Of a stretch of DNA of 64,000 bases, positions 55,401 through 62,657 are shown piece after piece. The notes under the pieces were generated by a model. The model had not been told where the DNA came from. It searched no databases and saw nothing but the letters and a program-made list of their open reading frames with translations. A program made the position numbers and the translations under genes. This stretch comes from a virus. The DNA lies in IMG/VR virus record IMGVR_UViG_3300007504_000003, positions 1-64,000 of that record; one strand, given 5' to 3'. Positions within the stretch are counted from its first letter, which is position 1; each line of letters begins with the position of its first letter.

Positions 55401-55787
55401 TTTGAGCCCATGTGCCGTCGAATGGGTTTTATCGAAGAGGATGAAGATGGGGAAGAGGTGGTCCTGACTCCGCTTCTGAGCTTCACCCGGTTGGGCATCC
55501 GGGACACTCAGGACACCTTCGACGCCTTCATGAATCTCTACCAGAAGGGTTCACTCCCGGTGGAGACCATCTATGAGTTGCTCAACATCGATCCGGTGAC
55601 CGCGACTGAGAAGCTCAAGGAGGACTCCATGACGCTTCGGGACGCGACCTTCAACGAAGTCTTCCGAGGTCTCTATAGCGAGGTAGCTCGACAGTTGGTT
55701 GAGGGCTCTGACGCCGTGGATAAGATCGCGAAGATTCTGGGGCTGGAGTACGAGAAGCCGAAGGAGGACTCTGGAGGGAGGTTCTAA
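52419..55787 (+). CDS. Portal protein with intein
   Basis: FYRHFYRSHPFVGQALDLHTELPLSK N-terminal portal pattern, LRVLPPE and GLSVTESLLTGE; downstream of terL. Confidence 0.8.
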   Translation: MADEPTTGSGSPPGKPPRRLASMGPDLSEQEGVPVSRVKDRSKVRVGKPKRLVRASSMRMGYSSSGLGSASTVDAAHGNYYHPELSTDFLELPQSQQEQWNFYRHFYRSHPFVGQALDLHTELPLSKVRISPPKARNRDLAMAASRFCTRWAQRIKLLSRLREIVHEYHLLGVVNIYAEDTSPDMPDEVRFRSDTYLEETPDGEPLLRTERRLREDANERAVAWLKKNYKGWTALRVLPPEQVDVESFPFTDEKLFSLRPDKRTLTLVDRARGGDRRARRVLESMPVEVVKALQDGEAIPLNTDPDAGSFIYHMERKRSQYENRPHSMLERCILPGTPITVLRNNTILEVPVELVNVETDLLLTHTGAFHKAEAGSRPVAEDITVLWLDGEDRPLCLTSDHPLLRLDDDSSEKWVYAGNLKEGDTLREAHPVPTSGHPEVIDLAAWWENKGSLQVERRVRDNQQGLVVDTTREVRVAEVMADEEGLTVHFEHDQDDVGRVRTVENDRRLTRWLKSLKESKTASSTAVAAVTGLTKSEVQNAVRRFERDVPAFHRTVEGRKVTWYPLPETATSPGSVVTRTETSSIHQIPLTPDFMYLLGTWFGDGWAWKAKGKFLNTVCLAWSIDKNADKLRSRIRDHLETFFGADSVVEGNLFSGSGSSTENLRVEDSLLARWFYEEFGGSAQTKTAPKWVFDLPEQHILSFLQGLLDTDGFCRAGRVSTALVQLDNETLIRQVHLLCSRVGIKTQVRPVRREARSWTRTWVTTEGVQEKTYDYEPKTFWQVSCTRHEDVLKWVSGTIKGAEVNWPERNHSWGSPFQDGWLTRKVRKVETVWYEGLVHSFDVEVDSSLVALSVCIHNCIRTLVHQDKLRQANASIASRHMTPVRIVWAEDMDAADTEALRDQVDMALADPDFSIVANFEIRWEEMGGGQGNRLLETSQEYDRADRELYAGLSVTESLLTGESTYSADRTSLEVINTRYMFLREFLQDFVQDCLFEPMCRRMGFIEEDEDGEEVVLTPLLSFTRLGIRDTQDTFDAFMNLYQKGSLPVETIYELLNIDPVTATEKLKEDSMTLRDATFNEVFRGLYSEVARQLVEGSDAVDKIAKILGLEYEKPKEDSGGRF
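53412..54992 (+). mobile_element. Intein in portal (527 aa, LAGLIDADG plus an extra HTH)
   Basis: CILPGTPITV...VCIHN|C; motifs GTWFGDG and GLLDTDG; insert STAVAAVTGLTKSEVQNAVRRF. Confidence 0.9.
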
Positions 55788-56080
55788 TCTCCCAGGAAAG
55801 AGAAGACCTCGGAGATCGCTGCCGTCATCTTCTTCCGGCAGCGAAGACAGTCGATTGCGTCGCTGCCGGGGGCTCCCGCGATGAAGTCCTCCAGAATCAC
55901 GTAGGCAGGAGCGGCGTCCGTAAACACGCGGACGTTCCACCTGGAACGGAAGATGAGGCCCGGGTCGGCGGCTACAGCGAGCCAGAAGCTCGCCTCTGAG
56001 ATGAGCTTCTGCCCACAAAGAGCCACGGAGACGCCGCCCTGGGGGTCTTCTTTCATGCAGTGGACGCGCAGCTTAGCCAC
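55784..56080 (-). CDS. Small hypothetical protein
   Basis: Coupled to the phosphatase gene; several Cys/His residues. Confidence 0.5.
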   Translation of the reverse strand: MAKLRVHCMKEDPQGGVSVALCGQKLISEASFWLAVAADPGLIFRSRWNVRVFTDAAPAYVILEDFIAGAPGSDAIDCLRCRKKMTAAISEVFSFLGD

Positions 56081-56828
56081 CTTTGCCCCTCCTCAGTAGG
56101 CTCGCCTTGCGGTTGCGTTTCTTTTCGTCCCGGGGAGACAGGACCCGAGGGTAGCCTCTCTTTGAGCAGCCGAGGCGATGGGTCTCTTTGAGGTGGTTCC
56201 ACTTGTCAGTCAAGTACCACTCGTCATCCACAGCGTCCTGGGGAGAGAGCATATCCCAGCCTTCCAGCCGACTGGCGATCTCGATCATCCTCGTGTTTGG
56301 GGATGCGAAGCCGTACCTCTGGTGCCTTGCTTGGCAGCGGTAGACGTACTCCGCTGCCTCTCGGGCTCGGGATTCACCCCACTGGCTCGCGTGGATGATA
56401 TACGCAGCCGCGGTGCTTCGGCTGATGCCGACGTAGCAATGGATCAGCAAGTCCCCTTCTGCGTCCAGGTCCAGACCCTTTCCGAAGTCGAGGAGGGCTC
56501 GGATGTGGTCTTCGGTGGGGCCGAAGAAGGCGGGGACGGGGCCCCCCCAGCCTCCGGAGGCTGAGCGATATTCTACCTCTTGTTCGATATCGTCGAATTC
56601 CAGGCGGAGACGTGGGCCTCCGAAAGACTGGAAGCCGAAGGGGGGGTGTCTGTTGGTTCTCTCCCGGCGGCTGGAGCCGATTGAGACGACGGCACGCAGA
56701 GCAGCCCGGCGACTCTTGGAGTTGAGCCGTCGGGCTGCTTGTGTCCGTCCGCAGATGATCAGGTTCATGATTCTTTTTGGATCGGGAGTCCTTGGACTCG
56801 GAAGGCGAGCGGGCTTCGTTTTCGGCAC
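56073..56828 (-). CDS. Protein-tyrosine/dual-specificity phosphatase-like
   Basis: LLIHCYVGISRSTA P-loop, FDDI acid loop and SPNTRM. Confidence 0.85.
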   Translation of the reverse strand: MPKTKPARLPSPRTPDPKRIMNLIICGRTQAARRLNSKSRRAALRAVVSIGSSRRERTNRHPPFGFQSFGGPRLRLEFDDIEQEVEYRSASGGWGGPVPAFFGPTEDHIRALLDFGKGLDLDAEGDLLIHCYVGISRSTAAAYIIHASQWGESRAREAAEYVYRCQARHQRYGFASPNTRMIEIASRLEGWDMLSPQDAVDDEWYLTDKWNHLKETHRLGCSKRGYPRVLSPRDEKKRNRKASLLRRGKGG

Positions 56829-56995
56829 TCGGGTCCGATAGCGAAACCCCCGTGGCTGTCCTCACCGTCGTAGTCTTTCGGTACGATGACTTCGTCCAGG
56901 GTGATGTGGACAACCCAATAGGGGCGATCGATCCGAACCGGTTTCTCGCAGAAGAAACACGGCTCGTATCGGTTTGGGTCCCGCGTCCGAGTCAT
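56765..56995 (-). CDS. Small Cys-containing hypothetical protein
   Basis: PCFFCEKP...IGPEC; start overlaps the SWIM gene stop. Confidence 0.5.
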   Translation of the reverse strand: MTRTRDPNRYEPCFFCEKPVRIDRPYWVVHITLDEVIVPKDYDGEDSHGGFAIGPECRKRSPLAFRVQGLPIQKES

Positions 56996-57495
56996 CAGAA
57001 CAGGTCGTCCAGGTTGGAGGCGGCGGGGTCCACCCGGGGACCGTCCGCCGGGACGGTCACGGTCATGGTGAAGGGCTGGTCGGTGGGGCGACCCTCCATG
57101 TCCCTCATCGCCTTGGCGATGCGAGCCGCGTCGGCGTCCAGGGCGGCCCGGAGGGTCTCCCTCTCCTCCACCGCGGTGATGCGGTTCAGACCCTCGGTCG
57201 CCACCGCGAGGGTGTGCTTGCAGGGGCCCACGTCTGCGCCCCGGATGGCGTCGCGGCAGGTGCAGGTCCAGCGGTAGGCCCCGCGGCCCGTGTGGCGGAC
57301 GGTCTGGTTGTAGGTCCGCTCGCCGTCCTGCGAAGCGGTGGTCGCGGTGACCTCGTAGACCTCGCCCCGACGGTTGCGGCGAGAGTTGAGAGTGTTGACG
57401 GAGAGGGACTCGGCGCGGTCCTTTCGCTTGTCTTCGCCGCTGGCGAAGATGTGGGAGAGGATGCCCTTCAGGGTGTTGCGGGTGATGACGGCCAT
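56995..57495 (-). CDS. SWIM zinc-finger protein
   Basis: WTCTC...PCKHTLAV; ATG 57495 with AAGGAG upstream. Confidence 0.8.
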   Translation of the reverse strand: MAVITRNTLKGILSHIFASGEDKRKDRAESLSVNTLNSRRNRRGEVYEVTATTASQDGERTYNQTVRHTGRGAYRWTCTCRDAIRGADVGPCKHTLAVATEGLNRITAVEERETLRAALDADAARIAKAMRDMEGRPTDQPFTMTVTVPADGPRVDPAASNLDDLF

Positions 57496-57526
57496 GATGC
57501 TCTCCGCTCCTTGAGTTCTGTTGATG

Positions 57527-57552
57527 TATACGCCCACCCCCGAAAAAGTTAC
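57527..57552 (-). promoter_or_regulatory. Candidate early promoter GTAACTTTTT-N10-CGTATA
   Basis: Near-identical to 22088-22113. Confidence 0.6.
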
Positions 57553-57602
57553 CGCTTTTTTCCGGTATAATTTTTATGGTTGGGGCGGGGTGAGGAACCT
57601 CG

Positions 57603-60600
57603 ATGAATCAGCATGTTCAGGTCGCTGCGGAGCTTCGCCGTCGCATGGGGAGTCTGGTGTATACCAGCTCGGGTGTGTTGTATGTCCTGACACCCGAGAC
57701 GCTGGCTCAGTTGTCTGAGGGTGACCAATGGGTCGGGCTGGTGTCTTCGGACGATCTGGAGGGGGCTCACCGGCTTGTAGAGCACTGCGGCGGGGGTGTA
57801 CTCCGGGAGCCTTCGTCGGGGACCTATGCGGTAGAGACCGTTGCCAAGTGGGGTCGTGTAGGGGCTCAGGTCGGGACTGATACCGCCGCGGTCTGGGCGA
57901 TTGCTCCGGAGCAGCTCCATCATTTTATCGAAGATGAGGGGCTCGCTGGCCTGGATTGGCAGGTGTGGGCGAATCGCTGGGAGGATCTGGAGTCGTCCTG
58001 GCGTGCTCATGGCGGCGCCGTCTTTCATACGGGTGGGGACGGGGGGTTTGAGGTTGAGGTTGAGGGAGCGGTGCGTAGTCTGGGTTTGACTCGCCCCTAC
58101 GGTACCCCGCAGTACCGGGAGGCTGGCTGGTGGGCGATCACTCCAGAGGACCCTGGAATCAACCCGCCGCCCGTGGATAAGGGCGGCCTCATGAACGCGG
58201 TCCCTGGCGTCGATCCTGATGAAGGGGCGTTGTATAACGGGGACGGCCCAGCGGACATGATGGAGGCAGTCCTCGATGAGATCGACATGATCTATCGAGA
58301 GGCGTGGGGTCGTGGGGCCACCGTGGCGGAGATGGATGCCGTCTGGGAGTTTATCTTTCGCGGGTACCGGAAGGGAGCGAAGGCGTCGGGCTGGAATGTC
58401 TGGGTAGACAAGGCGGTCGAGTTGACCGGCGTTCCAATGAAGGTTCTCCTCCTTTGTCTGGACGAGTCGAGGACTCGGGACGCTGTTCGCCTTTGGCGTG
58501 AGGGGTCTGAGCGCGGGGACTTTACGGGGTTCGGGGAACATATCAAGGCGTGTGTCAGTCTCGCCTGGGATGATTCTTCTTTCATGATGGAGCAGCTTCC
58601 AGCGAAGCCGGATTCGGTCAAGTTACTCCTGGCTCGCCAGTACCGGCAGGCGTTTGATGAGGAGCGTTTGACGGAAGCTGGTAAGGCGATCGAAGGGTTC
58701 TCTCTCGGGATGGCTCTGGCAATCACGCAGGGGTTTGTGAGCACCCACCCGTTCTTCGACCTGGGGGAGATCCGACGATTCATCCAGATCCGGAAGAAGT
58801 ACCACGGGGTGTTTACGGCAGCCGCCGCTGTGCTGGCGGAGTATTTCGGGGACGCCCCTCGATTCCAAGCCGCTATCCCGGGTCTCAGGCGGATCTCTAT
58901 CATGCCCCCGGCTCAGGTTCGGGGAGCCTTGTCCGCGGGCGTTCAGGCATTCCGGTCGCTAGGTCGTGTTCGGGTGTCGGACCTCCCCGGGTACGAGTAC
59001 CAGTCTCCTCCGCGATTGGTAGTTCAGTCCTTCGTCGCGATTCACCGAGCCTTGCGGCTCTCGGGTCTTGAGGAGCGGGGGGACTACTACCGGGCATTCT
59101 CGGACCTGGAGACCCTTCTGGACGTCTTCCTCCGGAGTCGTTCGACTCCCGCCCCCGTGAAGACTCTCTTCCGTAAGCTGAAGCTGCTGGGCATCCCCAG
59201 GGACAGCGCAGACGTGCTCCACTTCGACGCAGACCCCGGGGCTTGGTTTGACCTGACTTCGGACCAGAGAGCGGGAATCCGTAGAGAGGTTCTCGGCCTC
59301 CAAGATGAGCTGTCCTCGTTGTTCACTCGGGACATGGACGTGGAAGAGCGTTCTGCGGAAGCAAAGCGGCTGATGGGGGCGTTGTCGCAGATTCAGGCCC
59401 GAGCCGGCATCCACCTTGCTCATCTCATGGAAGAGGACCAACCTCCTCTGGACAAGGTGCTTCGATCCGAGGCTCAGGTGAACCGGGACGGGCCGACAGA
59501 ATACGTCTTGGATTCGTTCAAGAAAGACCTCCTTTCCTCCTGGGAGGAGAGCCCCTCTTTCCGGCCGAAGCTCCTCAGTAAGCGAGAGTTGGGGAAGCTG
59601 TTCACGACGCTGGACAAGGTGAAGACGTTCTCGACGATGGAGCGGGTGATCAAGACTGCGGTTCGTCGTGGTCTGCTCCATAAGACCGCTCTGGAGACGC
59701 TGACGAGCAAGCTGGATAAGGCTCGTCGAAACAAGGCTCTTCGGGACAATCCTGTCCTGGCCCCTCTCCAGTGGGAGCCGATGACGGAGCAAGAGTTTGT
59801 CGCGGCTCATGATGCGGGAGGCGTTGATTTCCGAGGAGATGCTTGGACTGAGGAGCAGAAGGCAGAGGTGCTGGGCCGGGCGAGCCGGGCGATTGTGGAC
59901 TTGGAGGGCGTCTTCGGGAAGGGGTTCTGCGGCAGGCACGCCAGGAAGTTGATGTTCCGGTTCCACGAGGGCTCCGGGACGGGGTCGGGAGCCCTCGCTC
60001 ATTACTTCGGGTGGGAGGATCGGAATCGCTGGCAGCCTCGGGTGAGCTTCGGGGAGGATTTCGACGGGCTATTAGCCCACGAGCTGTCTCATTACTTTGA
60101 AGACCTCCTGGCCTTCCGGATTGAGAAGGCGACCAACCCGGACATGCCAGAGTACCAGTATGGGGACGTAGCCCATGGCTGGGGAGACCTCTTCGGGAGG
60201 ACGGGGACCTCTCTCCGTCAGTTTGTGGAGAGGTCGGGCAATAGCACGATGGGGAAGGCTCTTCAGGAGCACTTCCCGGAGTTCTTGGAGCTGATGGCGA
60301 CGGTGGTGTCCACGCCCGATTATGCTCGGTGGGAGGACAAGATCGGCGGTGCCCTCAGTGACGCTCTCTATGAGGCGATCACTGAGGTGACGGGTCAGAG
60401 CCCCTATGCCGAGGGCAACGAGCAAGCTCGTGGTTGGATGGATGCTCAGTACCAGTCAGACCTCCCTCCGGAGGTACTGGAGGCAGCCAAGCGGAGGGCG
60501 ATTCGGCTACGGGATGGGGATCCGCGGAAGCTTACCTACTACCACTCCTCCCCAGAGTGCTGGGCTCGGCTCTGCGAGCAGTATGTCTACACGAAATTGG

Positions 60601-61346
60601 CCCGCCAGGGGATCGCGAATCCCTGGCTGACGCAGTTGACCTATGACGTGGATGTGTTGGACCAGTTCGTAGAGGAGGCCACCTTTGAAGAGCGGATCGA
60701 ACCTCTCATGGACGCCGTGTTCAACAAACTCCGGGACCGCTCGATCATCGCCCGGGTCGTTCGTCGAGAGCAGGAGCTATCTCGGATAGTTGATAGAAAG
60801 TTGATCCTGTTAAAAACAGGTACTTACGAGCGTCTCCTCCGCTGTGGGGCGGCTGAAGGAGATGGTTCTCGGGTTGGTGTCTTCATCCCCTTGCCCGCGA
60901 ATCTGGCTCAGCAGTTCCCCTCTCTCAAGGAGGATTCGAGCCCTGTTCATGTGACCTTCCTGTACGCCGGGAAGGTCTGGGAGGAGGGGTTGTTCATGGA
61001 GATTCTGAGGCGTCGGCTAGGGGAGCTGGAGGCTCCTGTCCAAGCGAGGCTGGACGGTCAGGACTTCTTCCGCAACGCAGACGGCTACATCCCTCATGTC
61101 CGGGTTCGGTTCGATCAGGATCTTGCTCGGGTTCGGAAGCTAGTGATCGACGATCTTCGGGAGGCGGGCTGGACTCTGGCGGATAGGAGTCAGATGGTGT
61201 GGCGGCCTCATGTCACTCTCGGCTACCAGAAGCCCCACTCGGAGCATTATCAGGGTGAGGTCCCGACAGGCGGTTGGGAATTTGATCGCTTGGAAGTCTG
61301 GGGCCTGGAGCGTAAGAAGGTTTTGCTCCTGGGCAAAAAAGCCTAG
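57603..61346 (+). CDS. Large polyvalent-type protein: zincin metallopeptidase (LPD1-like) plus C-terminal 2H phosphoesterase
   Basis: LLAHELSHYFED and YYHSSPECWARLCEQYV; 2H motifs PVHVTF and RPHVTL. Confidence 0.75.
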   Translation: MNQHVQVAAELRRRMGSLVYTSSGVLYVLTPETLAQLSEGDQWVGLVSSDDLEGAHRLVEHCGGGVLREPSSGTYAVETVAKWGRVGAQVGTDTAAVWAIAPEQLHHFIEDEGLAGLDWQVWANRWEDLESSWRAHGGAVFHTGGDGGFEVEVEGAVRSLGLTRPYGTPQYREAGWWAITPEDPGINPPPVDKGGLMNAVPGVDPDEGALYNGDGPADMMEAVLDEIDMIYREAWGRGATVAEMDAVWEFIFRGYRKGAKASGWNVWVDKAVELTGVPMKVLLLCLDESRTRDAVRLWREGSERGDFTGFGEHIKACVSLAWDDSSFMMEQLPAKPDSVKLLLARQYRQAFDEERLTEAGKAIEGFSLGMALAITQGFVSTHPFFDLGEIRRFIQIRKKYHGVFTAAAAVLAEYFGDAPRFQAAIPGLRRISIMPPAQVRGALSAGVQAFRSLGRVRVSDLPGYEYQSPPRLVVQSFVAIHRALRLSGLEERGDYYRAFSDLETLLDVFLRSRSTPAPVKTLFRKLKLLGIPRDSADVLHFDADPGAWFDLTSDQRAGIRREVLGLQDELSSLFTRDMDVEERSAEAKRLMGALSQIQARAGIHLAHLMEEDQPPLDKVLRSEAQVNRDGPTEYVLDSFKKDLLSSWEESPSFRPKLLSKRELGKLFTTLDKVKTFSTMERVIKTAVRRGLLHKTALETLTSKLDKARRNKALRDNPVLAPLQWEPMTEQEFVAAHDAGGVDFRGDAWTEEQKAEVLGRASRAIVDLEGVFGKGFCGRHARKLMFRFHEGSGTGSGALAHYFGWEDRNRWQPRVSFGEDFDGLLAHELSHYFEDLLAFRIEKATNPDMPEYQYGDVAHGWGDLFGRTGTSLRQFVERSGNSTMGKALQEHFPEFLELMATVVSTPDYARWEDKIGGALSDALYEAITEVTGQSPYAEGNEQARGWMDAQYQSDLPPEVLEAAKRRAIRLRDGDPRKLTYYHSSPECWARLCEQYVYTKLARQGIANPWLTQLTYDVDVLDQFVEEATFEERIEPLMDAVFNKLRDRSIIARVVRREQELSRIVDRKLILLKTGTYERLLRCGAAEGDGSRVGVFIPLPANLAQQFPSLKEDSSPVHVTFLYAGKVWEEGLFMEILRRRLGELEAPVQARLDGQDFFRNADGYIPHVRVRFDQDLARVRKLVIDDLREAGWTLADRSQMVWRPHVTLGYQKPHSEHYQGEVPTGGWEFDRLEVWGLERKKVLLLGKKA

Positions 61347-61365
61347 TTGGTTCGTATAGAGGGAC

Positions 61366-62634
61366 ATGTCGCCTTACGCTCCAAGAATCGCGGACCTTTG
61401 GCTGTCCCGCTCTGCGGATTCGGCTGCCCACGTTCGTTCAATCGCGTTGATGCGGTTTCTCTCCCGGCTGGCTCTCCGGCTGGGGAGAGCCGTGGCTGAG
61501 AACGTCTACGTGGTGGGCGGGGCGGTTCGGGATTTCGTCTTGGACCGTCCGATCAAGGATATCGACGTGGTGATCGACTCCGTCTCTCTCGGGAGAGACA
61601 GCGAGTGGTTCGCCCGTCAGATTTCCGCAGCCGTCCCGGCTCGGACGTCGCTGGTGACCAACAACTATGGGGTCGCCATTCTCACCATTTCGGAGTCCTG
61701 GGTTCTGGAAGGTGTGGAGATGCAGGGCGAAGTGATCGAGATCGCCAATGCCCGGACGGAGTCCTATGGGGGTGCTTCAGGGAAGGGCTACAAGCCCTCG
61801 GAGGTCGCTCCGGCGAGGATTGAGGATGACGTGGCACGCAGGGAGTTGTCCTACAACACCTTGATGATCCGGCTCCTCCATCTGGCGGACGGGCCGGATA
61901 AGGCAGACATTCTGGACCTGACGGGCTGCGGCCTCAGTGACCTGGAAGCTGGGATTATGCGTTGCCCGGCGGATCCCAACATTGTGTTCTCCGACGACCC
62001 GAGCCGGATGATCAGGGTGATTAAGTTCGCTCTTCGTTACGGGCACCGTCTCACTGAGGACACTCGGGCGGCGATCCTCAACAACGCGGAGAAGATCAAG
62101 AACATCCCGGGCGGGCATCTCATCAACCTCCTGACGGGGATCATCCTCCGTGAGGCGACCTGGAAAGAAGCCCTTCAGTGGATGCAGGATCTGAACCTCC
62201 TGGCACCGATCAGGGAGATGGTGCTGTCGGACGAGCAGCTCAAGACCTCTCTCATCAACCACATCCGGGGTTACCGGTTGGAGATGCTGTTCAGCTTGAT
62301 GGATCTGGGATTGCCGGTGGGCTACCGCGTGCGTTTCCTCCCTCGGGCGGATCAGAGTCATCTACGCGACTCTATCGGTCACTGGCCGGCTGAGGAAGCG
62401 TGGGGGTTCGTGGAAGCCTTGCGGAACCCTGGCGTCATCATCCAGGACAAGAAGTTTTTCCCTGAACTGGCTCGGGAGCATGGGTTCCTCGGCCCTCAAA
62501 TCGCGGGGTTCAACCGCGAGGTGTACCTGCCCATAGCTCGGAGGATCCTGATGGGGGATCCCCACATTCGGTTGAGCCCGGCCCGCTTTCGACGAGAGAT
62601 CGCTGACCGAGTCAGGGCACGTCTTCGGCGGTAG
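61366..62634 (+). CDS. Class II CCA-adding enzyme / poly(A) polymerase family nucleotidyltransferase
   Basis: VVGGAVRD, KDIDV, ARTESY, DDVARRELSYN and FSDDPSRMIRVIKFA. Confidence 0.9.
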   Translation: MSPYAPRIADLWLSRSADSAAHVRSIALMRFLSRLALRLGRAVAENVYVVGGAVRDFVLDRPIKDIDVVIDSVSLGRDSEWFARQISAAVPARTSLVTNNYGVAILTISESWVLEGVEMQGEVIEIANARTESYGGASGKGYKPSEVAPARIEDDVARRELSYNTLMIRLLHLADGPDKADILDLTGCGLSDLEAGIMRCPADPNIVFSDDPSRMIRVIKFALRYGHRLTEDTRAAILNNAEKIKNIPGGHLINLLTGIILREATWKEALQWMQDLNLLAPIREMVLSDEQLKTSLINHIRGYRLEMLFSLMDLGLPVGYRVRFLPRADQSHLRDSIGHWPAEEAWGFVEALRNPGVIIQDKKFFPELAREHGFLGPQIAGFNREVYLPIARRILMGDPHIRLSPARFRREIADRVRARLRR

Positions 62635-62657
62635 GTTCTCTATCTCAGTGGGGTGAT

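Noticed and set aside
57566-57571. TATAAT as a sigma70 promoter for the polyvalent gene
   Set aside because: No TTGACA-like -35 element at 16-18 bp, so it was left unannotated.
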